Notes under the pieces: generated by a model
Seen by the model: the letters and a program-made list of their open reading frames with translations, nothing else
Database searches by the model: none
Told to the model about the DNA's origin: nothing
Shown: positions 53,101 to 64,000 of the stretch, piece after piece
Layout of the letters: every line of letters begins with the position of its first letter
Numbering within the stretch: the stretch's first letter is position 1
Origin: Thalia democratica
Taxonomy: Eukaryota
Assembly: GCA_965202585.1 (NCBI GenBank)
Contig: OZ241829.1
Coordinates: forward strand, 18,290,001 to 18,354,000
Direction: 5' to 3'
Length of the DNA stretch: 64,000 nucleotides
Position numbers and translations under genes: made by a program

Positions 53101-56100
53101 TTTATTTATAGGCTAGATTATATTAGACCTTTTGTAGAAGCTGTTAATCGTAACGCACACTCACTAACACGATTAGTAGCACTAATCATTCTATTTGAGG
53201 ATGAGTGCTAGCAGCAAGAGATCCATACCTGTGTCAGTATACGACCGCTCGAGGTTAGTTACTGATGCTGAAGAGGGTATGGACGCTAGTTACCACAACT
53301 ATAAACCCTGAGCGGACTAAAAAAAAATATACCGTTTAGAACTGAAAACTTATTTTAAAAATTTGTGATGGACGTTGTAAAACGTTGTAAAACGTTTTTA
53401 CTATCTAGTATTAACTAGAATAGTTGTTTACTAACTAGAATCTAACCTAGTTAAGCTTAATTAAGCATTTATTTATACGCTAGATTATATTAGACCTTTT
53501 GTAGAAGCTGTTAATCGTAACGCACACTCACTAACACGATTAGTAGCACTAATCATTCTATTTGAGGATGAGTGCTAGCAGCAAGAGATCCATACCTGTG
53601 TCAGTATACGACCGCTCGAGGTTAGTTACTGATGCTGAAGAGGGTATGGACGCTAGTTACCACAACTATAAACCCTGAGCGGACTAACATATCTCACCAA
53701 CACAAAGCGATATCAGAACAACACAAATCGATATCAGACGAAAGGAAAGTGTTAGTAGCAAGAGCTGAGGGTTATAACGGCATCCTTCAACGCTACGATC
53801 CACTACCTTTCGATAACATTAACGGATACAAAACGAGAACGAAGACCGTTAATAAACAAAAAATGCGCCAAAACTATGTCGCACCGAACAGTTTTGAACA
53901 TTTATCGGCGTACAGTCATCAAACGTCGTTAAAAAATGTTAATGAAATAATTAGAACATTAGAACAAAAAAAAAACTCTTCTTCCAATTTACGTCAACGA
54001 CGGCAGTGTTTTTAATAAAGAAACTAGCGCAGATAAGCTTACACGTAAATTTCACCGTTTCACTAAAATTACTACACCACGCCAAACCCTGAATTACTTC
54101 GTCGGAGAATTTGAGCGACTCAATGTGACAGATGATCACACGAAATATAACATTATAGTCGGAAAATGGGTTCCCGACGAGGTGTCACAATACTATACGA
54201 CAGTCAGCCCTGAAAAACAAAATTTTCAATCGTTCAAAGAATTTTTTGAAAGACGTGACTGTCCCTTTACGCCAATTCTCGGCAAACGTCCAATACTTAC
54301 CAGCTCTACTTCGTTTAGCGCGTATTTGGCCGAGGCTACCGAATGTGCAACAGCTCATGAGGATGACCGTGTTAAGTTCTTTTTATAATATCATGCTCCT
54401 AGTTCTTTGAAGAGCAGGATCGAAAAATATGTTGTAGAAGATCTTATACAATTTAAACGCCGCGTACAGACTATGCGGTCACACCAAATTGACGACCCTC
54501 CTGTATCCGATCCACCAGTCAATTATAACAAGTCAAGAAAAAACCAAGGCCATCAACGACATAATGGGCGTCACAATAGCGGCAATGACAGGTATGTTAA
54601 ACAAAGTTATGACAATAGCGGTAACTTGAGACAGAACTTTTAAAAGCGTTACCAAAATTACGGTAGTAGTAATAATTACGGGCGTAACTTTAACAATCGA
54701 AATCAAAATTGCATTAATTTTTCTAGATACTTCGTTCGAAATTTTAATATCCGAAACCAAAATTGTTGTAACGGTGGTAGTTATAGGCACGAACTTGATA
54801 ATCGTTACCAAAACCATGGTAACAGTAATAACTATTAGCGTCACCGAAAAAAAATTACGTTAGTAGACCTTATAATAAAAAGTTCAGAATAAAATTAAAG
54901 CTCTTACTAATTCACTTAACTTGAGGTTTAAATTAAACTTTATATCTAAATTGATGGACTTTATGATGTATTTTATCGAAAATGTGCTTAATGCAATTTG
55001 AATGAATATCGTTTTTAATTTAATTTATATTTTGTGATGCTTTATTGTTGTCTTTTTCTTAAGTGTTAAGGAGGTGTTGCAGATTGACATAAATCATAAA
55101 AGTAGTATAAATAAGGAAGCTAATTTTTCAAAAAAAATTAGTTTTGAATCAAACATATAATAAAATATGTTTGATCGTTGAGCTTCTCGTAATTCGTTTA
55201 AGTTGAGGTTTAAATTGAACTTTTTATTTATCATTATTAGTTTATTTTTATCAAAAAAATGTACTTAATACGATTTAGATGAATCCCCTTTGTAATTTGA
55301 TTTAAATTTCAAGTATATTTTGTGATACTTGATTATGGAGCATCTCGTAATTCGTTTAAGTTGAGGTTTAAATTAAACTTTTATAATGATTATTTATTTT
55401 CTGAGTTTTTTACTCTTCTTTTTTATTCTTCTATCATTAATTGTTCTTAAAATAAAGTTTAAAATTTAAATTCTATAGATTGAATAGAACGACTTTTTGA
55501 GAAGTATGATACTATTTGTTTGCTTTCATAAAACTTACTCATTAGAAAAAAAAAATAAATAAAGTCGATATTGGACATCGACCTGAAAAATTTATTGTTT
55601 TCGCTTCGATAGTCAAAATGTCGAGTTAGTTAATAAATAAATTAAATTTTAAGTTTTTTTCGTTTAATGATAATTAAATTAAAAACAATTTGGTTTTTTA
55701 AAACATTGTTTCGAACAAATAATAACAATCGCTAGTTAAGTTAGTTGACGTATTTTCCTTAATGCCATGTAGAGTAAACTAACAATCACGCCGGGTATCA
55801 TGCTTCTACCAGCATGTTATAATTAGATAATTAGAACCATGCCTTGATCATGTGGAACTGTTATGCAAACGAGGTGTACAAAAGCAGCCGAGCGAATGAG
55901 AGAGCAAGTTTTACCGACTTCATGTCAAGAAAAAAGCAGTTCCACGTCTCTTGGCGCTTTGAGCGTAAGCCGCCATCTTAGAAAAGCTAGATGATCTCCG
56001 GAAAATCCTTCTTATTCAAGTATTTGTTTTTTTTTCTAAAACATTTACTTTGTACTTTACTTCATAACTTCGTAGTTTTTATTTCTTATTCTATATACAC

Positions 56101-56817
56101 TTTGTATACCTACTTTAGCAATGTCGACGGGGCGAACAGCTCGATTTGAGTTGTTAGCGTGCCATACTCAGAAGTTTACACATACTGTAGCAGACAAGCT
56201 GTCCTCCAGCAACAACTTCCAGTTTTGGTCAATTTGAACATAGAACTCAACGTATAAACCTACACATTCGGTGGCATAAACTTACTACTTCTATCTTTCT
56301 TTTTTTTTTATTTCAATATTTGTATCTTTTTATTTTTCGCGCTCTACATCCGGTGTCATCCGGTTAAATTTGTATAATCTACAGCCTATAGATAAACACA
56401 AGCATGTTTCAACACTGTGTTAAAACTATTGGATTTTGAACTACAGTTTTATTTAGTTTGTCCTCTCCTACCAACCTCGGACGATTTCAATGTGAAAATC
56501 GTAGAACTAGACTTTACTGACTACACCATGACTAGATACGCTTGCGATGATTCAAATTACCAGTTTTTGTACTTTATTCATCTAAACATCACTAATTGAT
56601 GAGTATATTTCAAGTTAAAAATCATTAATTAAATTATGGTTTTTAGTTTCACCAACATAAAAAGCATAACTACGAAATAAACCACATAAATATAACGACC
56701 AAATAAAAGCTTAAGTTGTATAAATAAAAACCTTCATTACTAAAATTGTACCTTGACCAAAATGCTTAATATGTTGGTTTCTTATTGAATTATTTTTGAC
56801 TCACTAACAACTCATAG

Positions 56818-56919
56818 GGGAATACGAGTTCAGCTTAACGAAACTCGGGAGCAATGTCAAAGATTGAATGGAGACCTAATATATGAAAACTTAGGACCCG
56901 ACGGGAAAATATATCACCC
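56818..56919 (+). pseudogene. R exon copy 4, 22-nt deletion
   Basis: 102 nt versus 124; acgaaa is joined directly to ctcggg, causing a frameshift to TGA. Confidence 0.85.
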
Positions 56920-57311
56920 GTAAATTGTATTTTATATATATATGTCTATTCAAAAAAAGCATTTCGTTTAACAACTTGATCATGACTTGAATTAGTGTGA
57001 AAATACTTGTTAACGGTAAAAAATATTTCTTTTTTTTACCAGCTTAAAAAATCTCGATCAATTATGTGTTTTTCACTGTTTAACTAACACATCCTAAGAA
57101 TATAATAAACAACTTAAGCTTTGGTTTAGTTAGCAAACTAACAACAACAACAAAAAAAAATTTGAGTAACATCGGACGTACACAACTTTGCATATAAAAT
57201 TAAATTCAACTAACATGCTTGATTTTTTCTTCATCTCTTTTACTAAAAAAAATCACAGCGGATTCATTTTAATTGTATTACAGCGTAAATCTCAAAGTTA
57301 AAAATAAACAG

Positions 57312-57613
57312 AGAAATCAGGGATTTGGTCCTGGATAATTCAGCGTGGATCGGCCTGACCGATGAACTAGTTGAGGGCGTGTGGCGGAAACCGGGATCTT
57401 CAGCTACAGATGAGGTGTTCGACACTAGAATGAATGGAAACTTGTTTTCGTGGGCCGCAGATGAGCCAAATAACGGTGTAAATAACAACACGCACTGTGC
57501 ATATGTCAGTTTTATGGCCCTACTGATTATGGACGACCAACGATGCTCGTTAGAAATTAAATGTGGCCAAAAGTGTGGTCTTTGCGAGATAAAACTGCGA
57601 GATAAAATTTCAG
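57312..57613 (+). CDS. Divergent CTLD second-half exon, class T
   Basis: acag|A GAA; WIGLTD..DEPNN..HCAYV..MDDQRC..GLCEI. Possible phase-1 donor G|gtttta at 57614; otherwise the frame stops at 57636. No S-type 3' UTR follows. Confidence 0.55.
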
Positions 57614-57822
57614 GTTTTAACAAACATAATATATAGCTTACACCTTATTCTAACATAATTTTACAAATCAATAAAATTTCACTCGAGATACTAAAAAAAA
57701 TAACTTTTATAAGTATGTGGTGATTGTTTGGTAGTTGTTTTTTTCTGCGACCTTTAATAAAAAGTTTCATCTGACTATTTCCGGTGATATTTTATCTTTA
57801 ATATTATTGATTTTTATCACAG

Positions 57823-58017
57823 AGTGCAGCAGTATTCCTTCAGGAGCTTATGCCACGGCAACAGTAAATGGATCACCACCTAATCTACCGATTGAACACG
57901 GTACCCAGGTTGACTTTAAATGTGAAAGTGGTTACGCTTCCAACACTGATCTAAAGGCAGAATGTGGTGGGACAACACCTGATGTAGTTGACGTATCAAG
58001 CTTGTTATGCTAAAAAG
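57823..58017 (+). pseudogene. Duplicate of CCP exon K with TAC->TAA immediately after the last Cys
   Basis: Aligns to 16589-16783; stop at 58011-58013; donor G|gtaacg retained. Confidence 0.7.
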
Positions 58018-58974
58018 GTAACGTTTTGCGTAAAAATAAATTTCAAGACTATTTAATTCCATTCGAAAATTTTAATGATAGCCAATTACCTTAATAGTTG
58101 TTAATAGTAGGCAAAATATATGTATTATTTTCGGGACACGCTTAGTTGTAGTTAAAAATAATTTAGTAAAAAAAATAGTATGAATAAAAGTACATGGTAA
58201 GGATTAAGGGTAACTGTGATAGTAAAAAAAATAATAAAATAAATAAAGAGGAAAAGAAGTGAAAAAAAGTTTTGGATGGGAATTGTGAGCATACCATTGT
58301 TTTCATTTTTTATATTTTTCAAATTTTTAAAAAACTTTGCACAGTAAGGTGCTTATAAAAACAGCGACTATTTTGTTTTCAGCTAGTTTTTATTGCAATT
58401 GGCAAATATTACAAGAACTTCCTGTGAAAATTTTTGGATGATTTGAAGAAACTTTCACGCAGGCACCATTTGATTTTTTAAAGCCACCCAAATGCAAACT
58501 GCAAATAAATATTAAATAAGGAAAACTATAACTCAATTTATTTATTGTATATGAAAATAACTAATTGTGAAAATATCCTTATTAAAAGCTTATATAGTGA
58601 CTTTACTTATTTAAGCACTTGACCTAAAATATAAATTATGAAAATTTATCTTGTTTTTTTGTAACTTCAACATCAATGCCAAAAATAGACCTTCAGTTAT
58701 AGACCCTTCTCAACGTTTTAATTAAAGTAAAGTATTATGTATAAACAGTTTCTTGTCAATCATATCACTAAATCTATTTAAATACTTTGCTTAACTTTGA
58801 GCGTTCAAATTAAAAGTTTTTGGAAAATTTTACTGGAATCATTCTTTTTTTTGATATATTTTTTGTGTTGTCAAAAATAACTGCGTAAGCGTTGTTCATT
58901 TTTTACTGAATTAATTTCTATTATAATAGTATTAATAGATATTTAACTTACAATTAAAATAAATCTGAATTGAT

Positions 58975-59867
58975 GGTGTAGTTACTCCACAGACTACTGA
59001 CTAAGAGGTTGTAGATCCATACTTATTGAATGGTTGTAGAAAAACTATGTCCAGCGTTCATAATGTAAAACCAGCTTCACAGATCGACAAATCGTATACC
59101 TTAAGTGATAGGCCTGACGGGTGCTTATCCACCAACTTGACCAAATGTATTGATTGAACTTCTCCATAGACTACTGATTGAACGGTTATAGAGATACTGT
59201 GTTTAGTGTTCTTGTTACGAAACAAGCTTAACAGATAGACAAGTCGTGTATCATGAGTATTCTTGGTAATGGGTGTTAATCCATCAACTTGACCAGGTGT
59301 AGTTTCTCCACAGATTACTTACTAAGAGAAGTGGACAAACCATTTTCAGCGTTCAAGGTGTGAAACCAAATTCACAGATCGACCGTGTACCGTGTCAGTA
59401 ATCAAACTTGACCAAGATTCTTGATAACTTTCTGAACAAGAATTTTTGGAGAAGCCATGTTTAGCCCCCATTTTGCAAAGTGTTTACCATTAACAATCGG
59501 GATGACGGGTCCTGATTCATCAATTTAATCAGGTGTGTTTTCTCATGAGAATACTAATTGAGAGATAGTGAAAAATCCAAGTTCAGCGTTCATTGTACGA
59601 AACCATCTTTACAACTCAATAAATCGTGTACTTAAAGCAATAGGGGTCACGGGTGCTGATGCCTCCACAGACTACTGATTAAGAGGTTGTAGATCCATAC
59701 TTATTGAATGGTTGTTAGGAGACCATGTCCAGCGTTCATAATGTAAAACCAGCTTAACAGATAGACAAGTCGTGTATCATGAGTATTCTTGGTAACAGGT
59801 GTTAATCCATCAACTTGACCAGGTGTAGTTTCTCCACAGATTACTTACTAAGATAAGTGGACAAACC
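58975..59867 (-). pseudogene. Decayed intronless tandem array of K-type CCP-like repeats
   Basis: Six monomer anchors (ctccacagactactga-like) at 58985, 59162, 59306, 59542, 59663 and 59832. The minus strand reads ICEAGF / CKDGF and CGETTPGQVD, and 59282-59312 matches exon K 16729-16759 at 24/31 nt. Confidence 0.55.
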
Positions 59868-60735
59868 AGACATGGTAACAAGCGTCGCAAACTAAATACA
59901 TCACTATCAAAAAATCCCCGATAGTAGGATTTTTAATCTCAAATGTAACTAAACTTTTTAAAATAATTATAATAATTAAATTTTAATCTTAAGATAGGTT
60001 TTCTCATTTTGAAGATATAAAAATTAATTCAAGCTAAAATCTTTTTAGTTTCATCATTTAAACCTGTGATTTATTTTATAGCCACAAATTACTACTTTAT
60101 AGTTAATTTTTTATAACAGTTTTCAGCCTATAATTTACAACTCTTTTTTGTGGACAAAGCATGTACAAAACAAAACTTATTTTTGTATACTGTAAGGAAG
60201 ATAATAAATTATTTCTCTAAAAATGTTGTTTCTAATTTTTATTGATCAATAAAGATATTAAAACATTTAAATCTAATGTACCTTAAAAAACTTATTTACT
60301 GTATTTAACTTTATTAAAAATTTATACAAAAATAATAATAGTTAAAAAATAATAATGTTTAATAAAAGGTTAAGCTAAAAAAAAATTATATTTAAAAATT
60401 TTTCTTTTTTTTTTTAACTTTAAGCCATAAATAATTTAAGAAGAACTTCATTTTTGTTTATGAAAAAAATAATAAGGTAACATGTATAAATATTATTATA
60501 AACTGTTTCAGTTTAAAAATCAAGGTGTTAAAATTGTTTTAGTTTATTGTTAATTAAACAAATGTTATTTATACTTAAGTAAGTTTATAACAACAAAAGT
60601 AATAAATATTAGCTTATGTAATTTTATCTAAAGTAGAATATAAGAAAAAAAAGTAATACTTTATTACTTTAGCTTTCTGGTTACTATAGCAACAAAACAG
60701 CTGTATTTAGTAGTTTTAAATTTTTACCATGCCTG

Positions 60736-60918
60736 GGACAAACCATTTCCAGCGTTCAAGGTGTGAAACCAAATTCACAGATCGACCGTGTACCGTGTCA
60801 GTAATCAAACTTGACCAAGATTCTTGATAACTTTCTGAAAAAGAATTTTGGAGAAGCCATGTTTAGCCCCCATTTTGCAGAGCGTTTATCATTAACAATC
60901 GGGATGACGAGTCCGATT
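60736..60918 (+). repeat. ~185-bp direct repeat of 59333-59517
   Basis: Near-identical sequence starting ggacaaaccatt..cagcgttcaaggtgtgaaacc. Confidence 0.85.
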
Positions 60919-61028
60919 TCAGATATCAGATTTCTGATTTAGAGGTTAAAAAAAAGTCTAGCGTAATTGCTGCGAAAGCGTGTATTTAGTAGTTAAGTAA
61001 TAACGAGACCCGTTCAGTTCCAACCTGC

Positions 61029-63070
61029 GCACAATTCCCATTTCAATCCCACCCGAATCATTATCCACCCGAATCAAATTCCACCCGAATCAATTGCCAC
61101 CCAATCAAATCGCACCCGATCAAATCCCACCCGATCAAATCCCATCCGATCAATACCACCCGATCAAATCCCACCCGAATCAAATCCCTACCGACCAATT
61201 CCCACCCAAATCAAATTCAACCCGATCGATTGCCACGTGAATTAATTCCCACACGATCAATTTCCACCCAAACTGAATTCCACCTGATCAATTCTAATCC
61301 GAACCTATTCCCAGTCCACTCAATTCCCAACCGATCAACTCCCACCTGCATCAATTCCCATCCAGTTAACTTCCCACCCGGATCATTTCCAACTAATTAA
61401 TTTAAACGTGAATTTTACACAACATCACTTTCACATGGAGAGTTGTTTTTGTATAGTGTCAGATTTGCATAGGTGTCACTTTTCCACAAATTAAAACTTT
61501 TTTATGGCTGAATATTGCACAAAGTGTCCTGTTTGCATGGCATCAAACTTTTACTAGTGCGATATATTGCGCTAGTTGTCATTTTTGCACGTTAGACTTT
61601 TTTCATAAACTTGATAAAACTAAGTTAATGAAACTTATATAACTACATAAAAAAGAAACTAAAATTGTATTAAATGTAAATTTTAACTTTTTAAACAATA
61701 GTTACGTACTAGTGTAAAATTAACCTTCAATATAAATTAAAACTAGTTTGAAATAGAACTAAAACAAAACTAAATATAAGTAAAAGCTAATTTAAAACTA
61801 AACTAATTAGAGTAAAAATGTATATTAAAATTTAAAATTTTTTAAATACGAACGATTTAGAAACAAATTATTTATTTATATTTATTTTTTCGATATAGTT
61901 TTTCTATTTTTATTTTTATTCTAGTTGTTTTAATTCGACTAGGTCCGAATATCCGTACGAAGTTATACGCTGTTAAAGCAACAGTTTTTTCAAAAGATAG
62001 TCAGAAAACATTATAACTTTTAAGACAAGTTAACTGCTAAAAATAAAAGCAATGCACGTTTTTCTATCTTAGAATATGTTCTACAAAATTTATACCAAAT
62101 TTTAATCTTAGTTTGAATTTTAATTCTTAAGATTTCTTCTAGCTAAAATAGTTCAAAGAATTATATATATAAGTTTAAAAAGTTTTAGCCTATCATTTTT
62201 ATTTTTTATTTTTTTGATTTGTTTGTATAAGTAGTTTAAAAATAAGATTGATATTATTGTAAAACAAAAAAAACTAAAAGGCACACTATAAAAAAAATCA
62301 ATACATACATCATACAACAAGTAACTTCTAAGTTGTACGGTAGATTGAGCTTGTAAGACATAAAATTGTTATAATTAAACTTTAAAACAGTAGTTACACA
62401 CGAATTTTGGTAATAATTGTATGACATAAAGTAATTTATTTTATTTATTGCTTAAAAACTGCACTTACACTCGATACGGGGCAAACAGTTATTATTATTA
62501 ACTAAAATACTTTAGAAATTTTTTTTAGACTAAACTTCAAGTTTTTGTTAAAATCATAAGATTTCTTTATAGTTTAATATTAAGTAAAAAGCAAAAAGAT
62601 ACAAGTTTAAGCAAAATTTTAAGCTATATTGATAATTTAAACATTTATAAAAAACTAAAATCCACAAAAATAATATGCTGTTAAACTAACTATAAATAAC
62701 TGAAACTATCTAACTGTTGTTTTACTTTACCATAAAAAGTTTTTAATTATAAAATTTTTTTAAAGACTCTTGGTATTTTACAATTAAACTTGAAAGGATA
62801 TAATATAACTTTATCGTCAAAAATCCTGGTTCGTGCGTGTTTTTGTGCCCCTATGTATTTTATGTTGTAATTTTGGCTTTAAACCGAGCTAATGTCATCT
62901 TTAAGTTGACTTCTATTAAAAAAAGTTTAAAAAATATATAAGCAAAGAGTATATATTTTTCTAAGCTTAAGGGAAATGATTTAGGTGGGAATTGATCGGG
63001 TAAGAAATTATCCGGGTGGGAAATGATAGGGTTGCGAATTGATCGGATGGGAATTGTGCTCGGGTGGAAA
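61029..63070. mobile_element. Foldback-like element with inverted minisatellite arms
   Basis: Left arm ~61029-61390 is ~14-15-bp (a)attccacccgatc repeats; right arm ~62972-63070 is the reverse complement. Outer gcacaattccca pairs with tgggaattgtgc, and the inner ends also pair. Confidence 0.65.
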
Positions 63071-63455
63071 ATGTTAGTATACTATTAACAACACCGTAGT
63101 ACAAAACCCGTATCAGACTTTTTAAGTTTTTGTATACTTCTTACTTAAAAAACTATTATTCTTAAAACAACTAACTTAACGTGAAATAACTCAAACATGT
63201 AAGTTATATGAATTAATCAATCTTTAATCTCTACTTTTTTTAAACTCGCGTTTACACCAATTACTTAACTAGTCAACCAACTTCAACTATAAGATACTTG
63301 ATTCTGTTTTGTTTTAAATAATAATAATGAAAAATAATAACTAAAACTATTCTACTTCTCCTACATGTTTAACTCCTTCTACCGCTTATAGTTTTCATAC
63401 CTCTTTTATTTTGTTTAATATTTTTATCATAATCTTATATAAAATATGGTTGGGT

Positions 63456-63927
63456 GTCATTTTTGCACGAGCGTCAATTTTGCACGCAAGATCACTTTTG
63501 CACGGCGACTCTTTTGCACGAGCGATACTTTTGCACGAGGGGACACTTTTGCACCGCGTCACTTTTGCACGCAGTGTCACTTTTGCACGAGGGGAAATTT
63601 TTGCGCGGCATCACTTTTGCACGGAGGGTCACTTAAGCACGAGGTGACAATTTTGCACGTCGACTCTTTTGCACAGAGGGTCATTTTTGCACTAGGGGAC
63701 ACTTTTGCACGGCGTCACTTTTTCACGACGAGACACTCTTGCACAGTCGTCACTTATGCACGCAGGGTCATTTTTGCACGGCGTCATTTTTGCACGAGGA
63801 GACACTTTTGCTCAGCGACATTTTTTCACGATGACATTATTTTACGGCAGCAATGTTGCACAACAATAATTTTGCACAACGTCACATTTTTACGATGAAA
63901 TTTTTGCACAGCAACATTTTGGCACGG
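63456..63927. repeat. ~18-19-bp minisatellite (gtcacttttgcacgg-like); degenerate relative at ~61410-61600
   Basis: Roughly 25 imperfect copies of the TTTTGCAC core. Confidence 0.9.
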
Positions 63928-64000
63928 AAAATCAACATTGCATTTTGGTAAAAAGTTTTTTAGCTAGTACCAAGTTTGTAACATAAAAAGAAACTGAAAA

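Larger units (their letters stand above)
32734..56599 (+). pseudogene. Duplicated half-CCP Q exons at 32734-32875, 40869-41010, 49027-49169 and 56457-56599
   Basis: The first two carry a 1-nt deletion (tttgcct vs tttgtcct); the last two keep the Q0 frame. Confidence 0.6.
24486..57613 (+). repeat. Tandem array of an ~8.1-kb unit; starts near 24486, 32653, 40788, 48933 and 56363 (last partial)
   Basis: The junction gttaaa(a)tttgtataatct recurs at each start. Unit lengths are ~8167, 8135, 8145 and 7430 bp. The same ORF set recurs in the ORF track. Confidence 0.95.

Noticed and set aside
63395-63898. ORFs of 60-150 aa over the minisatellite
   Set aside because: Open in several frames because the repeat lacks stops; no splice signals or domain.
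61029-63927. Short-repeat arrays as CRISPR
   Set aside because: The repeats are contiguous with no unique spacers, there are no cas genes, and the context is a spliced eukaryotic locus.

Overview
Very AT-rich animal genomic DNA with GT-AG spliced genes. It is invertebrate-like; a tunicate is plausible but cannot be established from sequence. The alternative start codons and most short ORFs in the supplied track are artefacts. The + strand carries the 3' part of a large modular gene. I traced 21 phase-compatible exons (1-25789) that sum to 3924 nt (1307 aa plus stop), encoding CCP/sushi x2 (plus a partial one at the window edge), an ILEI/FAM3(GG)-like domain, CCP x10, a C-type lectin domain (CTLD), a CCP, and a second CTLD. 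No signal peptide or TM segment lies in the window. The last CTLD is split into a first-half exon R and a second-half exon S carrying the EPN sugar-binding motif. From ~24.5 to 57.6 kb an ~8.1-kb unit is tandemly amplified (4 full copies plus 1 partial). This yields 8 open, phase-matched S-type exons in three sequence classes, while all 4 duplicated R exons are broken. The best candidate novel system is therefore a constant CCP stalk plus one constant lectin half, joined to an array of alternative sugar-binding terminal exons; this is inference and needs RNA evidence. Each full unit also carries a decayed Ty3/Gypsy gag-like frame, an LTR-like segment and a Penelope-type hammerhead remnant. Other elements are a palindromic hammerhead ribozyme in an intron, a CR1-like LINE relic, nested MITEs, a foldback-like element, minisatellites and a decayed intronless CCP-repeat array on the minus strand.
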